Assembly (NCBI GenBank): GCA_002269645.1
Contig: NIVC01002066.1
Coordinates: forward strand, 1 to 64,000
Direction: 5' to 3'
Length of the DNA stretch: 64,000 bases
Source of the DNA: Macrostomum lignano
Lineage: Eukaryota
Both the position numbers and the translations under genes were made by a program. Each line of letters starts with the position of its first letter. The stretch's first letter is position 1. Below the pieces are notes generated by a model, which saw only the letters and a list, made by a program, of their open reading frames with translations, was not told where the DNA came from and did not search any database. Shown piece after piece: positions 1 through 13,085 of the stretch.

Positions 1-3000
1 TAGTCGGAAAAGAAACGAAACATTGTTACATTTTCCAAATTCTTTGCACGCTTTGAATACTTGTCGCAACTATTCCTGCAAACACCCTTTTCCTCCACTG
101 CGCGGGTTTCGCCAGTCTGAACAAAAACAAATTCTCGCGAACCCTTGTACATTGACGTCTGCAATAGCAAATGCATTGCCTCTTGCGCCGAATAATCACG
201 CGCTCCAACTTGCGCCATCAAGTGTTGTTGTACAACACGCCTTGCAGTGTTGCTACGCTGAAAATTGTTATCGGCATTCTGTTCTGCATTATCTTCCAAC
301 TCCTTATGAAGACGCTTTGTCAGCTCCGCCATATAATCCGACTCCTTTTCGCTTTTTGTCGCATACTTGATCAAATAGCGAATCAAATTCTTCACGGACG
401 AAATCATTTGAACATCGACATTGGCTCTCCACATGCACAGCAACTGCGGACTGTGAGAAATCATTCGCTCGTCGTTGCGCTGCGTCTCAACTTGCCAATT
501 TAAACGGGATACTCGCTTTGCAACAGTCTTTTCCTGCGGCTCGCGCGGATACTTGAATCGGCACTCTTGTTTGCCTTTTACTGTTCGCAAGCACTTTTTA
601 CTGCAAATAGTGTGCCTCTCTGTCAAATGCGAAATTAACTGCAAATCTTGCTTGTCATTTTCAATCTCTTCCGGTTTCAGTTGAGCTGGATGACCTTGAC
701 CTGCTAAACTGCCATTCAAAACTTGATTTCCATAATCCGATTCGTCCATGGCCAAATTCCAACTACAGATGTACTTGTCAACAAAGCTCGTCAATTCTTC
801 TGCATTCAATGTATTCGATGTCACATCAACACCATCTGGCATCCAAATGCAACCGTGAACGTGTGGACTTCCGCGACTCTGATATTCTATGCGAAACCAA
901 TAATCGTTTACTTTCCAGTGCTCGACCAAAAAACGTTTCAAACATGTTTCAAATCGCAACCAAAACACAGTGTCTGCCATTCCGGGATCTTTTTGCAACT
1001 TTGACAACATTTCTGCTCTTAGTTCTACATTGCTTTCATATTGCTCTGCATCGATTCCCCAGGCATGCTGCAACTCTGGCCAATGTACATCTGCTGCCGA
1101 TAGTGTCACGAAAAAATGAGGAACACCAAGCGTTCGAATCATGGCTTCCAATTGCCGTCCTTTACTCTGCCAATAAGCGCTTGTGCCTCGCAAATCTGAT
1201 GCTCGAACTGACACGCTAGCCAATACTGCCGGGTCATTTAGTGCTTCAATCATTTCCTTGGCACTTAATCCAGCATACTTGTTGTCGTGTACAAACACGC
1301 GACCAACTTCCAGCGCCCTCCAACGCATCACCATATTTTCAATGTAAAATTTAAACCGCAAATCGGTACGAAATCTTGGACACCGGAATTGCATCAAATG
1401 CTTTGCATAGTCGCCCAAACTTAGTCCAAAATTACGTGGCGTACTATAATCTCCTGCTCCATCCGGAAAGAGATGAGGATAAGCCAATGTAAAATATCCT
1501 TCATCCTGAAATTCGTTTACCGGCTCGTTGCTTCTTGCTGGCCATTTCAATTTTTCACTCAAAAATTTGTCTCGTACTGCCGATTCCAATCGACGCAAAG
1601 GAGTCTCCAACAGCGAACTAATTGTTTCCTCGAGCTCGTTCGTCTCGTCCGCATTTTTTTCTACTTGTTGCTGCAATCGCTCAGCTCTGGCTGAGCCGCC
1701 TTCTTGCTGTGCCGCCTCGAAATTCACTTCATTGTCAGACTGCATTTCGACAATCATACCTTCTACTTGATGAGCATAACCATCTTCAGGCAGATGTAGC
1801 AACGCATCATTATTCATTGAAACCTGATACTGTCTAAAGTACTTGTTGTTTGCCATTAAATAGCGCATCGCATTAGTCACTTTGTCGCGTCGAACTCGCA
1901 AATTGTTCATTGTGCCGCTTTGCGCTTCTCCAGGCTGAACACGGGCTCTTTCGTCGTACATTAAAACAACTGGCAGAGATCGTCTTGGCAGCTCTCGCAA
2001 AACGTGCGACTGATCTTGAGGCAACATGATTCCGTGTCCTCTCGATTTTGTTTGCTTTTGGGGAAAAATTTGTACCACAACAATAACCGACAAAACTGGC
2101 GAAATCAACATTTGCTCTGCTACACTCAAATCTTGCAAATCTTCTGGCTGCTCCAACATCGGAATCGCATTGTTTTCTTGGCTAAACGATTTCGGCTCAT
2201 TGTCATCTCTGAAACAACGATCGCACATGTCTTCAGAATCGATGCTAAAATATTTTCCAGGAAACTTTTCCCTACACACGTAGCACTGTTTCAAATGTGA
2301 TACTTTTGTTATGTTTTCATTGAAAAAGTCTTGCCTCATCTTTTTGAACTGGTCTGTGAACGGATTGCGAAGGCACTTTGGCAGATTAGGATCTCCGATT
2401 TCATCTTCAACAATTGGAGCATCTTGAGCGCTCTCTTCTGAAGTGCTGCTCTGCGGAACATTTTCTTTAGCTGGCTGCTGCTCCATTGTAGGCCGCTTTC
2501 TGGGTGACGAACGGATCGCTTCATCAGGCTTCTCCTGAGTAGCACGTGTCTTTCGTGGTGATGAATACGTAGAAGTAGCTGGAATATTATCAGACTGACG
2601 TTTATCTTGCTGCTCCTGCTGCAAAGGTGCCGTCTTCCTAGGCGACGATCGAACGGGTTCGCAGATATGATTTTCTGCGTTTGTCAATCTCTGTTTCCGT
2701 GGTAAAGAATTTGCATAGTTGACCACTTGCTGCTGGTTTTTCAAACGCTCGCTGCGACGAGTAGGAGCACTTGGTACAACGTCGCTCTTCTTTTCTCGAC
2801 CTCTTCCTTTTTCCAAATGGCAAGAAACGCTTGAAACCGCCGAAACTGAGTCGCCACAACCGATGCAACTGCAACATGGTGCTCTCCGAGTGCGACTGCT
2901 TCTTCTCAATAAGCTCTGACCAGATACACTAGAGGCTGCAACAGACACAGACTCTAATGTGTTTGCTTTAGCGCTCAGTCGACTACTCCGACGCGTAGCG

Positions 3001-5390
3001 CAACTTGCCTTCCCAACATCCTTTTTACGCCGACTGCGCCGCGGAACATTTGATGGCACGGACTCTGACACACGATCACTTTTAACTGACTCTGACACAT
3101 GCTCAATTTCAACTGACTCTGCGCTATCCTCCGCGTCAAGATCGACATTCCAATTCCAGACAGAGTTGTTCCGATCCCGAAGCACTTCATATGAATTCGG
3201 ATGCGCAAACAAACTCGTATTATTTTCCAAGGACTTTGCTTGATTTCTACAACGTCCCTTCCAATGCCTACTTTGAACTCGGGTCCAGTCTGCAACCTTT
3301 TCAAAAGGCGTCATTGGTGGAGCTGGAGGTGGCATCATTACAACAGGATCTTCGACAACATGAACATTCTCGTTGAGAGGGGGCATTTCCACATTCTTGG
3401 CGCTCAAATCTCCTTGGCCAGTCGGCCGAACTGAGCTTGCTTCATTAACTTCCAAATCATTGACACGAACGATTTCGTAGTGTTGACTACCAGGATTAAA
3501 CAACAATCGAATAGTAGCCAAACGTTCTCCAATATTCGGTCGGGAATAATGGCCAGGCCGCGCTAGATTAAGCATGTTTGACTGATAAATAAACACTTCT
3601 AGCCGCAACAGTTCACCAATTAGTTCTGGAACTCCGCATGGCACGTACATACGGGGACGCCTTGTATCGTCGCGCACTTTTTCCCAATTCAGTCCTGTTT
3701 GCATAATTCTTTCCTGATTATTGACATCGCGATGCACCCATTGCTCGAATTCTGCAGCAACCGCATCTCGAAAATCTTCTACGCTTAGCGATTGATAGGC
3801 GGAAAAACCTGGCAGTTCTTGTAATTGTCTCAATATGGCCGTGAAAAAACAGTTGCCGTCACCTCGTACATTCTCAACGCGACACGAAGAAAAAGGAACC
3901 CATACAGGTTGGACTTGTACAGCAGCAGTTACATGACCTTCGGCAAAATCCATTGCAGTAGCACCTGTTTCATCTGTAAAAGAATACAACTCTTAAACAG
4001 TGAGGTATGATAATTTTAAGGAATTGAGCATTAATTGTATTTTGCACAAGTCGTAAACACTAAAATCTAATTTTCAATATTCGCAAGCAAAGTCAGATGT
4101 AAGAAAGAAAATTAACTTGTACTATGCATAGAAATTCAATAAAAAATAAAACTCTCACCAGCACTCAAGTAGCCTATAAGTTGCTCATTGTAAGCAGCAC
4201 CAGAATTGGGCACTTCAGCATCACCTTCGACCACGGGGTATTCCGAAGCAGCCAGAGCGTCGGCCAGAGCAGCATCATGTTCAGCTAGCAGGGCAGCCAG
4301 ACCAGCCTCGTCCAGCTTAATCACAGACTCAGTTTTAGCAGCAGCATCAGCAGAAGCACCAGCTTTAGTCCCAGCAGCGGCAATAGAAGAGGCAGCAGCA
4401 GCTTCCGGTTGTACATCTGGCTCTTGAATCTGTTCTTCGCCAGCAGTTAAATCACCGACAGCAGCAACTTTAATATTATTCTTGGAGCGGCTCCAGTTTT
4501 TCTTCTTCGGCCGTCCGCACTTTTTCGCACCTGTTTAAAGTCACAGTAAAAAAGAAATTTATAAATCTACCTATATATATATATATATATATATATGTCT
4601 GTCCATCTATTTCGCTCTAGAGCGTGCCATTCTTGATCAATTTTGATAGCATTTTTTCTAAACTATTGCAGATTTTGCACTGATTATACAGTGGTCAAAA
4701 TTTCTTAAATCTGCTCAAATTCTAAGGGTGTTAAACATTCGAAAATAGAGTTTCTATAATTATTTTAATGATCTGTCAAACAAGGTCAGATTCCAATTGA
4801 ATTTATTCCCTTTGTCGAAACTATTCAGTCGAAACTACTCAGTCGAAACTATTGAGTTCACACTATTCAGTCAAAACTACTCAGTCAAGATTATTAAGTC
4901 TAAACTATTCAGTTGTAACTATTCAGTTGAAATTATTCTGTCTGTCAAAACTATTCAGGCGAAACTATTCAATCTAAACTATTGAGTGTGAACTATTGAT
5001 TTGAGCTGCGTCAGTTAAGAGTTTGAAAAATTCACATTTTTAGACATCTGAAAAACACTTTTTTACAGAATTACCTGTGAACTATTCAGTGTGAGTTATA
5101 GTGTGAACAATTGAGATTTATTGTTTGGTAAATAAATTGTGTAGTGCAGGAACTTTTTAGTTTGTCTGTTGCCCAAATGGGCAGCCAAGAATGCTAGTAA
5201 AAGCTGGTTTCCTAAGGTGTGAATATTAATAATAAAGGTAGGATTGCTTTGAAACTATTCCTGAAAGTAGCACCTATCACCTGCAAGTTGCAACAAATGT
5301 ACAAAACTTACTATTGGCAGCAACAGAAGAAGCACTTGTATCCTTGTTAATGCTAGTGTTGTCCTTGATGCTGTTTTTGTCGTTGCCCAT
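1..5390 (-). CDS. Helitron-type Rep(-helicase) polyprotein, 3' end off-window: OTU cysteine protease + CxxC..CxxC region + HUH Rep. Predicted coding exons 5390-5312, 4530-4159, 3973-<1
   Basis: Manual translation gives a stop-free minus frame from 3973 to the window edge (~1320 codons), not listed in the ORF track. Motifs: VRGDGNCFFTAI...SQHYEIV (OTU), CYVC...CDRC, GYFTLAYPHLFPDG, LRGTSAYWQSKGRQLEAMIRTLGVPHFFVTLSAAD, RIEYQSRGSPHVHGCIW (HUH), YLIKYATKSE (Tyr motif), RDYSAQEA. Phase-1 GT..AG introns 5311-4531 and 4158-3974 join the exons in frame. The first coding exon has a TACTAAC branch point, an acceptor, ATG at 5390 and a GTAAGT donor. Confidence 0.85.
4572..4596. repeat. (TA)n microsatellite in the first coding intron of the Helitron gene
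   Basis: Direct reading. Confidence 0.9.
4818..5100. repeat. Degenerate short repeat cluster (AAACTATTCAG-like motif)
   Basis: Many imperfect copies of aaacta(t/c)tcag. Confidence 0.6.
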
Positions 5391-6269
5391 CCTGTCTAAA
5401 TAAACATGTTAGTAAATATTTCAGAATGATAAAGAAACTAATTAGCTAAACACAGAAAACATGCTACTCTTTACCAAGTTAACTCAACTCTTTTCTGGTG
5501 GCAAATTTAGTTAAACTACGAACACTAGCACTGCTACTGGATTGTGGATTAATATGCTGCAGCATAATATACTGGCATATAGGCGGTGTGTGCCATGTAG
5601 TTTTTGTGCTTTCAACATTTTTTCTTGGATTTAGTGCATATTTTCTAGAGTTTTTTCAGGCATATTCCATGTTTTTGTACATGCTTCTAGGAATTCTATA
5701 TCAGCAAAAAAACATCCCTTGGTAAAAATTCACCATAAACTAAGTGTCTAGCACTTTCAAGCATTGCTTGATATAAGGAGCATTGGCATGTATATATTGT
5801 CTAGCAAAAATGCTAAATTTATAATAAATTGAGCAGAATTTATAAAAAGTGTCCACAAACTTCTACCATTAAGCAGAGTACTACAGATATTTGTACTATG
5901 CTAAACATATGAAGAAATAAAAAGAATACTTACTTCAAAACTAAAGTCTTAAGTCAAAATTATGCAAACAAAAGGAAAATTCAAGTTAAATTTGACTGAT
6001 AACTACAAAATAAAATGTGAAAGGATGAGTACTTTTAAAAGATATATGTAAATATGACTATAATTTATAAAAATATGGAGCAAAAAGCAAAGCAGAGAAA
6101 AAAAACGTAAATATTTGGCAGAATACAATTAATTAGCTATAAAATAATATTAAAGTACTATACTTCAGTTATATTTCAAATAAAATTTGAAGCTTACACT
6201 TACAGTGTAAAACTGATAACAATTGAATATATTACAATTAAAACTTGTACTTGTAGAATATAATATATT

Positions 6270-7523
6270 CAGTGTTGGGCAAGTTACTCAAAAAAAGTAA
6301 CTTGCGTTACTGTAACTTAAGCTACCACTTTTTAAAAAGTAACTTACGTTAGCCTAGTAACTTTGAACAAAAACCCGGTAACTTTTAAGTTACTTCCGTT
6401 ACTTACTTCCGTTACCTATGTTATTAACAAAATTTTCTGCTTTTTTAACATTGCAAATGTGATGGAACAGCACAAATGATCGCGAAAGCCAGGAGGAAGA
6501 ATACAACAACATTAATTTCAGTAACTGTATTAAATTTTAATCACTTTAGGCCCTTTCCGTAAAAAGAAGAGAAGCTGAAGGTCAGAAACGTTAAAGGCAA
6601 AACGCAATTTAATTTTTAATAACATTATAAGTTATAATACACAAGGACAACTTAACGTAACTTCAGTTGTCCTTGATAATACATCGCTCGTAATAAGTAC
6701 CTGGCTTTACTCCACTCTACAGTCTGCTTTACTAGTCTTTTTATTTATTTTCAATTATTATCATTAATATTAAATTATTGTGCAGTGCAGTGCAGTGCCA
6801 GTGGACTTTAGTGGTGTAGCCAGGGAGGCCGCCTTAACAATCGTTGGGGCGGCAACTTCACCCCACCTGCAAGACACCCCACCTGGGGGGGTGGGGTTGG
6901 GCGTGGCGGGTACCAAAAACCATGAGGCGATTGAGTGCCTGCGGCGCTTAAATGAGTGCCTGCGGCGCTTAAATGAGTGCTTGCGGCGCTAAAATGAGTG
7001 CCTGCGGCGCTAAAAGTGGCAATGGCATGAGGCATGGCCAGCCAGGCCAACCCGCCCCCCCCCAATTAAAATTCCTGGCTACGTCGATCACTGAGTGGAT
7101 TTGTGGAGACTACAGATGAATTTCTTTCTTTGGTTGTTTGTTTCTAAGAACTAAACAAAATATTTTTATTAACTTAAAAACGAAAAGCAAAAATATTTTA
7201 CCGAAAATAACAAAGTAAAAACATGTTTCAAGTATTTCTTTATTAATTACAGCGTAATACCGTATGATATTATTCACTTAGTTTTGAATTTAGGAATGAA
7301 AAATGCTAAAAATGTGACAACTGGAGTAATAGCTAAGCATATCAGTTTTAAATTTAAATATTGCGATTGTTGCAAAGTAACTGTAACGGACTTCCGAAAT
7401 TTGAGTAACTTACCGTTACTCCGTTACCAAAATAGGAAAGTAACTTGCGTAAGGAACGCTTTACGAAAAAGTAACTTGCGTTACCATTTACAAGTTACTC
7501 GGTAACGGAAGTGCCCAACACTG
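6270..7523. mobile_element. Non-autonomous hAT-type DNA transposon (MITE), 1254 bp
   Basis: 12-bp perfect TIRs CAGTGTTGGGCA...TGCCCAACACTG; 8-bp TSD AATATATT at 6262-6269 and 7524-7531; subterminal GTAAC..GTTAC motifs; empty allele in the right IR arm. Confidence 0.9.
6799..7093. mobile_element. Small GC-rich MITE-like element nested in the hAT MITE
   Basis: CAGTG...CACTG ends with internal GTAGCCAGG...CCTGGCTAC inverted motif and a 21-bp internal tandem repeat (TGAGTGCCTGCGGCGCTTAAA-like, ~4 copies). No clear TSD. Confidence 0.5.
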
Positions 7524-8146
7524 AATATATTGTACAATAATTATATATAATGTAGTAGGATACGAATAAATAGCGTAACAAAACCGAATATTATAGCTAC
7601 AGATTGAAGCTTGAAAATATTTCAGATTTAGATAGCGTTTGCTTAGATAAGTTGCTTTGAAAATTTGGGGTCAAATTTGTCCTACAGCAATAAACTACTG
7701 TTAACATAACCGATTTAAATTTAAATTTTTGTAGAAATTATAAGGAACAGAACGACTGAAATGTACAGTTTAATTATTTCAAAATTAAATAATTTCGAAT
7801 TCTATTTTACCTTATTGCTTTCTTCAATTAAATTTTGTTATACAATTTATAAAATGCCTATTTTCAAAATATACCTCAAAAAGTAAGTTCAACAGCTTTA
7901 AAAATGCGCACGTTTTTACACTTCACGGCTCCAAAAAGTCACCATAGAAGATTTTTGCAGGACGCAAGACTTTTTACGTTACAAAATAGCACTTTTATGT
8001 GCATTTTTTATTCAGTTTCAAAAGGCTTTTTAGTTACCTATTTGGTATTTTTTGTTTTAAAGATTTTTGCGAAATCAGGTCATTTTAACTTGTTACGAAA
8101 CTGTGGACCCACACTTTTACGCAACGCAATGCGCATGATGTCATCT

Positions 8147-9210
8147 TAAAGCACTTGCTAAATGCTATTTATTGACACTACACTGAAGGCCTGGCGTAGG
8201 ATAGTTAATAAATGGCAGCGTGAAATATAGCAAAAAAACGCATAGTACCGGAACCTCGTAATTCGGTAAAATGTTAATAGCGTCAAAATACGAATTTTCG
8301 CACACTAACGAAGATGGCAGTCATCTGTACGTGTTTACTGGGCACAATAGTGCTCTTGGAAGCTAAGAACCTCATAGCGAAAATTAATATATTTTCCGCC
8401 CTATGTAGTGCTCAAATGGGTTGTTTTTGCACAAAATCACGTTTTTCGATTTTGAGAGTCAATTAAAAATTTTTTTTGCAACTGACAGACGTGAATGTCA
8501 CTTTTTCTGAGAGTATTCATCTAGATGTTTCTAATAAGTACTAATATGGGTCATTCTTATGCTTCACCTATCCTTAGTATAGATACAAAGTCATTATTTC
8601 ATTTCCAGCAAGTCACGTGACCTGGCCTGAGGTGTACAACGCATCGTGCAATGCCAGCGAACATACACTCAAATTAAAGCACTTTTTAAATGCTAACTAT
8701 TGACACCACACTGAAGGCCTGGCGTAGCATCGTTAATAAATGGCAGCGTGAAATATAGCAAAAAAACGCATAACACCGGAACCTCGTAATTCGGTAAATG
8801 TTATTAGCGTAAAAATACGAATTTTCGCACACTAACGAAGATAGCAGTCATCTGTACGTGTTTACTGGGCACAATAGTGCTCTTGGAAGCTAAGAACCTC
8901 ATAGCGAAAATCAATAAATTTTTCACCCTATGTGTGCTCATATAGGTTGTTTTTGCACAAAATCACGTTTTTCGATTTTAAAAGTCAATTATAACAAAAT
9001 TTTGCAACTGACAGACGTGAATATCATTTTTTCTGACAGTAGTCATCTAGGTGTTTCTAATAAGTACAAATTTTGGTTCATTCTTACGCTTCACCTATCC
9101 TTAGTATAGGTACAAAGTCATTATTTCATTTCCAGCAAGTCACGTGACCTGACCTGAGGTGTACAACGCATCGTGCAATGACAGCGAACATACATTCAAA
9201 TTAAAGTACA
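8147..9210 (+). repeat. Direct tandem duplication of a ~530-bp unit (2 copies)
   Basis: 8147-8674 and 8675-~9210 are highly similar, e.g. CTGAAGGCCTGGCGTAG and GTGTACAACGCATCGTGCAATG occur in both. Confidence 0.85.
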
Positions 9211-9759
9211 TCTAAAATGTAGTTCAATGACACCAAGCGCGTCGCGCTCCGGTAATCCGCTCAAAAGTTACAGGCTAAAAAGTATGTTCGATATGCAAGC
9301 CCCCCGTACCGTCGTTAAAGTACATTTCTGTACCGGCAGCGACTTCAATAAACTAAGACGAAATTTCAAAATATACATATTGTGCGCAATTTAGTTGTGC
9401 ACCTTGCCTAAAAAGTCTGATTTTCCTAGCATGTCGTCGTTTCTTATTTTTTGTACATTTGTATCATGAAAAATACATAAAAATAGCCTAAATCACGTTT
9501 ATCGACTTTAGCAGTGTATGGCTCAGAGTCAGTGCAACGAAACGGCTCAAAATGTATTATAAACATGTAGATCTTACCTAAATGACCGCATTCATGTACT
9601 TTTTAGAGTCTCGCAACAAGGTTGAATTTCCTTTATTTCGGTTCGAATACCTACCCGTCGAATATTCGAATGTAATTAACAGGTGCGAATGTACAGTTAA
9701 AGTGAGTATCTTGGTTAAAGTCGTGCGTCATGTAAGAGTCCCAGGTGCCATTGTTAGAA

Positions 9760-9807
9760 TGACGCAGCTCAAAGGTCGCGCTGACGCGCGACCTTTGAGC
9801 TGCGTCA
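9760..9807. other. Perfect 22-bp stem / 4-nt loop palindrome
   Basis: TGACGCAGCTCAAAGGTCGCGC-TGAC-GCGCGACCTTTGAGCTGCGTCA. Confidence 0.9.
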
Positions 9808-10246
9808 GTTGAAAGTTGATAAAAATGCGCATTTTTTGACACTTAAAAAACACACTTTTACAGAATTACCTATCAAGGTAAGCATTTAGCGGAAAATAAC
9901 CAATCAGTGTCTTGAAGGTCTGAAAATTCGCCAAAAGTTGGGTTCAATCAATTTTTGACTCCATATTGTGAATCCTTATTTTTTGAGATTCAAGATTTGG
10001 ACGGGTCTAAAAAAAGTCACTTTTTTGTTGCCATGGCAACCAAGACGCGTTGCTATGGAACTTTCACGTCACACATCTTGTAGCCCTAAATGTTTTACGT
10101 CCATAGAGGGGTCACACATGGTTTCATCTCAAGTGGTTTTAACTCTGCATCAATTTTATTTTCTAAAACGTTGATTTTACGTTGGGGGAGTCTCCGGGAC
10201 ATCTTATCTCGGTCTCGTTTGTCCGAAAAAATTGCCAACGAGGAGC

Positions 10247-11279
10247 GAAGCGAACGCTATCTAAATCTGAAATATTTTCAAGCTTCAATCTGTAGCTATA
10301 ATATTCGGTTTTGTTACGCTATTTATTCGTATCCTACTACATTATATATAATTATTGTACAATATATTATATTCTACAAGTACAAGTTTTAATTGTAATA
10401 TATTCAATTGTTATCAGTTTTACACTGTAAGTGTAAGCTTCAAATTTTATTTGAAATATAACTGAAGTATAGTACTTTAATATTATTTTATAGCTAATTA
10501 ATTGTATTCTGCCAAATATTTACGTTTTTTTTCTCTGCTTTGCTTTTTGCTCCATATTTTTATAAATTATAGTCATATTTACATATATCTTTTAAAAGTA
10601 CTCATCCTTTCACATTTTATTTTGTAGTTATCAGTCAAATTTAACTTGAATTTTCCTTTTGTTTGCATAATTTTGACTTAAGACTTTAGTTTTGAAGTAA
10701 GTATTCTTTTTATTTCTTCATATGTTTAGCATAGTACAAATATCTGTAGTACTCTGCTTAATGGTAGAAGTTTGTGGACACTTTTTATAAATTCTGCTCA
10801 ATTTATTATAAATTTAGCATTTTTGCTAGACAATATATACATGCCAATGCTCCTTATATCAAGCAATGCTTGAAAGTGCTAGACACTTAGTTTATGGTGA
10901 ATTTTTACCAAGGGATGTTTTTTTGCTGATATAGAATTCCTAGAAGCATGTACAAAAACATGGAATATGCCTGAAAAAACTCTAGAAAATATGCACTAAA
11001 TCCAAGAAAAAATGTTGAAAGCACAAAAACTACATGGCACACACCGCCTATATGCCAGTATATTATGCTGCAGCATATTAATCCACAATCCAGTAGCAGT
11101 GCTAGTGTTCGTAGTTTAACTAAATTTGCCACCAGAAAAGAGTTGAGTTAACTTGGTAAAGAGTAGCATGTTTTCTGTGTTTAGCTAATTAGTTTCTTTA
11201 TCATTCTGAAATATTTACTAACATGTTTATTTAGACAGGATGGGCAACGACAAAAACAGCATCAAGGACAACACTAGCA
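10247..11279 (+). repeat. Right arm of the inverted duplication = truncated second copy of the Helitron 5' region, including the start of its first coding exon
   Basis: Reverse complement of the left arm. Contains TACTAAC..TTTAG|ACAGG-ATG GGC AAC GAC AAA, then breaks off at 11279. Carries the empty site (single AATATATT) for the hAT insertion. Confidence 0.9.
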
Positions 11280-11312
11280 AGGACAACACTAGGACAACAC
11301 TAGCACTTCGAC

Positions 11313-12945
11313 CTAACTAGGACAGAATTACCTTCACTTTGCTCCCAACTAGGATAGAATTACCTTCACTTTGCTCCCAACTAGGACAGAATTACCTTCA
11401 CTTTGCTCCCAACTAGGACAGAATTACCTTCACTTTGCTCCCAACTAGGATAGAATTACCTTCACTTTGCTCCCAACTAGAACGAAATTACCTTCACTTT
11501 GCTCCCAACTAGGATAGAATTACCTTCACTTTGCTCCCAACTAGGATAGAATTACCTTCACTTTGCTCCCAACTAGGATAGAATTACCTTCACTTTGCTC
11601 CCAACTAGGATAGAATTACCTTCACTTTGCTCCCAACTAGAACGAAATTACCTTCACTTTGCTCCCAACTAGAACGAAATTACCTTCACTTTGCTCCCAA
11701 CTAGGATAGAATTACCTTCACTTTGCTCCCAACTAGGATAGAATTACCTTCACATTGCTCCCAACTAGAACGAAATTACCTTCACTTTGCTCCCAACTAG
11801 GATAGAATTACCTTCACTTTGCTCCCAACTAGGACAGAATTACCTTCACTTTGCTCCCAACTAGGACAGAATTACCTTCACTTTGCTCCCAACTAGAACG
11901 AAATTACCTTCACTTTGCTCCCAACTAGGATAGAATTACCTTCACTTTGCTCCCAACTAGGACAGAGTTACCTTCACTTTGCTCCCAACTAGGACAGAAT
12001 TACCTTCACTTTGCTCCCAACTAGGACAGAATTACCTTCACTTTGCTCCCAACTAGGACAGAATTACCTTCACTTTGCTCCCAACTAGGACAGAATTACC
12101 TTCACTTTGCTCCCAACTAGGATAGAATTACCTTCACTTTGCTCCCAACTAGGATAGAATTACCTTCACTTTGCTCCCAACTAGGACAGAGTTACCTTCA
12201 CTTTGCTCCCAACTAGGACAGAATTACCTTCACTTTGCTCCCAACTAGGACGGAATTACCGTCACTTTGCTCCCAACTAGGATAGAATTACCTTCACATT
12301 GCTCCCAACTAGAACGAAATTACCTTCACTTTGCTCCCAACTAGAACGAAATTACCTTCACTTTGCTCCCAACTAGGATAGAATTACCTTCACTTTGCTC
12401 CCAACTAGGATAGAATTACCTTCACTTTGCTCCCAACTAGGATAGAATTACCTTCACTTTGCTCCCAACTAGAACGGAATTACCGTCACTTTGCTCCCAA
12501 CTAGGATAGAATTACCTTCACATTGCTCCCAACTAGAACGGAATTACCTTCAATTTGCTCCCAACTACGATAGAATTACCTTCACTTTGCTCCCAACTAG
12601 GATAGAATTACCTTCACTTTGCTCCCAACTAGAACGGAATTACCTTCACTTTGCTCCCAACTACGATAGAATTACCTTCACTTTGCTCCCAACTAGAACG
12701 GAATTACCTTCACTTTGCTCCCAACTAGAACGAAATTACCTTCACTTTGCTCCCAACTAGAACGGAATTACCTTCAATTTGCTCCCAACTACGATAGAAT
12801 TACCTTCACTTTGCTCCCAACTAGAACGGAATTACCTTCACTTTGCTCCCAACTACGATAGAATTACCTTCACTTTGCTCCCAACTAGAACGGAATTACC
12901 TTCACTTTGCTCCCAACTAGAACAGAATTACCTTCACTTTGCTCT
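11313..12945. repeat. 32-bp minisatellite, ~50 copies (GGA(T/C)AGAATTACCTTCACTTTGCTCCCAACTA and variants)
   Basis: Period 32 read directly; head-to-tail with no spacers. Confidence 0.95.
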
Positions 12946-13085
12946 CAGTCTCAACTACAGAACTGTACAGGACAAAGATTACCTTGACCTATACCTACAA
13001 AATCACTCGTATTTTCGATGAGAATCATGAGAAATTAACTCAGAATTTTCACTCAGACACCCAGAGAAGGTCTTGGAACCGCTAC

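Larger units (their letters stand above)
1..7644 (-). mobile_element. Helitron/Helentron-like rolling-circle transposon (5' portion; termini not resolved)
   Basis: Rep gene above plus upstream AT-rich region. The upper boundary is taken from where homology with the second copy at 10247-11279 ends. Confidence 0.65.
5351..7644 (-). repeat. Left arm of a ~1.03-kb inverted duplication (interrupted by a hAT MITE)
   Basis: 5351-6269 plus 7532-7644 is the near-identical reverse complement of 10247-11279. Identical 75-aa ORFs appear at 5498(+) and 11132(-). Confidence 0.92.

Noticed and set aside
23-3434. Many short plus-strand ORFs
   Set aside because: They are antisense shadows of the long minus-strand Helitron frame
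5498-5725. 75-aa hydrophobic ORF identical to 10905-11132
   Set aside because: The identity reflects the inverted duplication; it is antisense to the Helitron leader with no recognisable domain
5351-11279. A single foldback or large-TIR transposon defined by the 1-kb inverted arms
   Set aside because: No TSD at the outer ends, and the left arm continues seamlessly into the Helitron gene, so two Helitron 5' copies explain it better
11313-12945. 32-bp repeats (also the 34-, 37- and 40-bp arrays) of CRISPR-like length
   Set aside because: Units are head-to-tail with no unique spacers, there are no cas genes, and the context is eukaryotic
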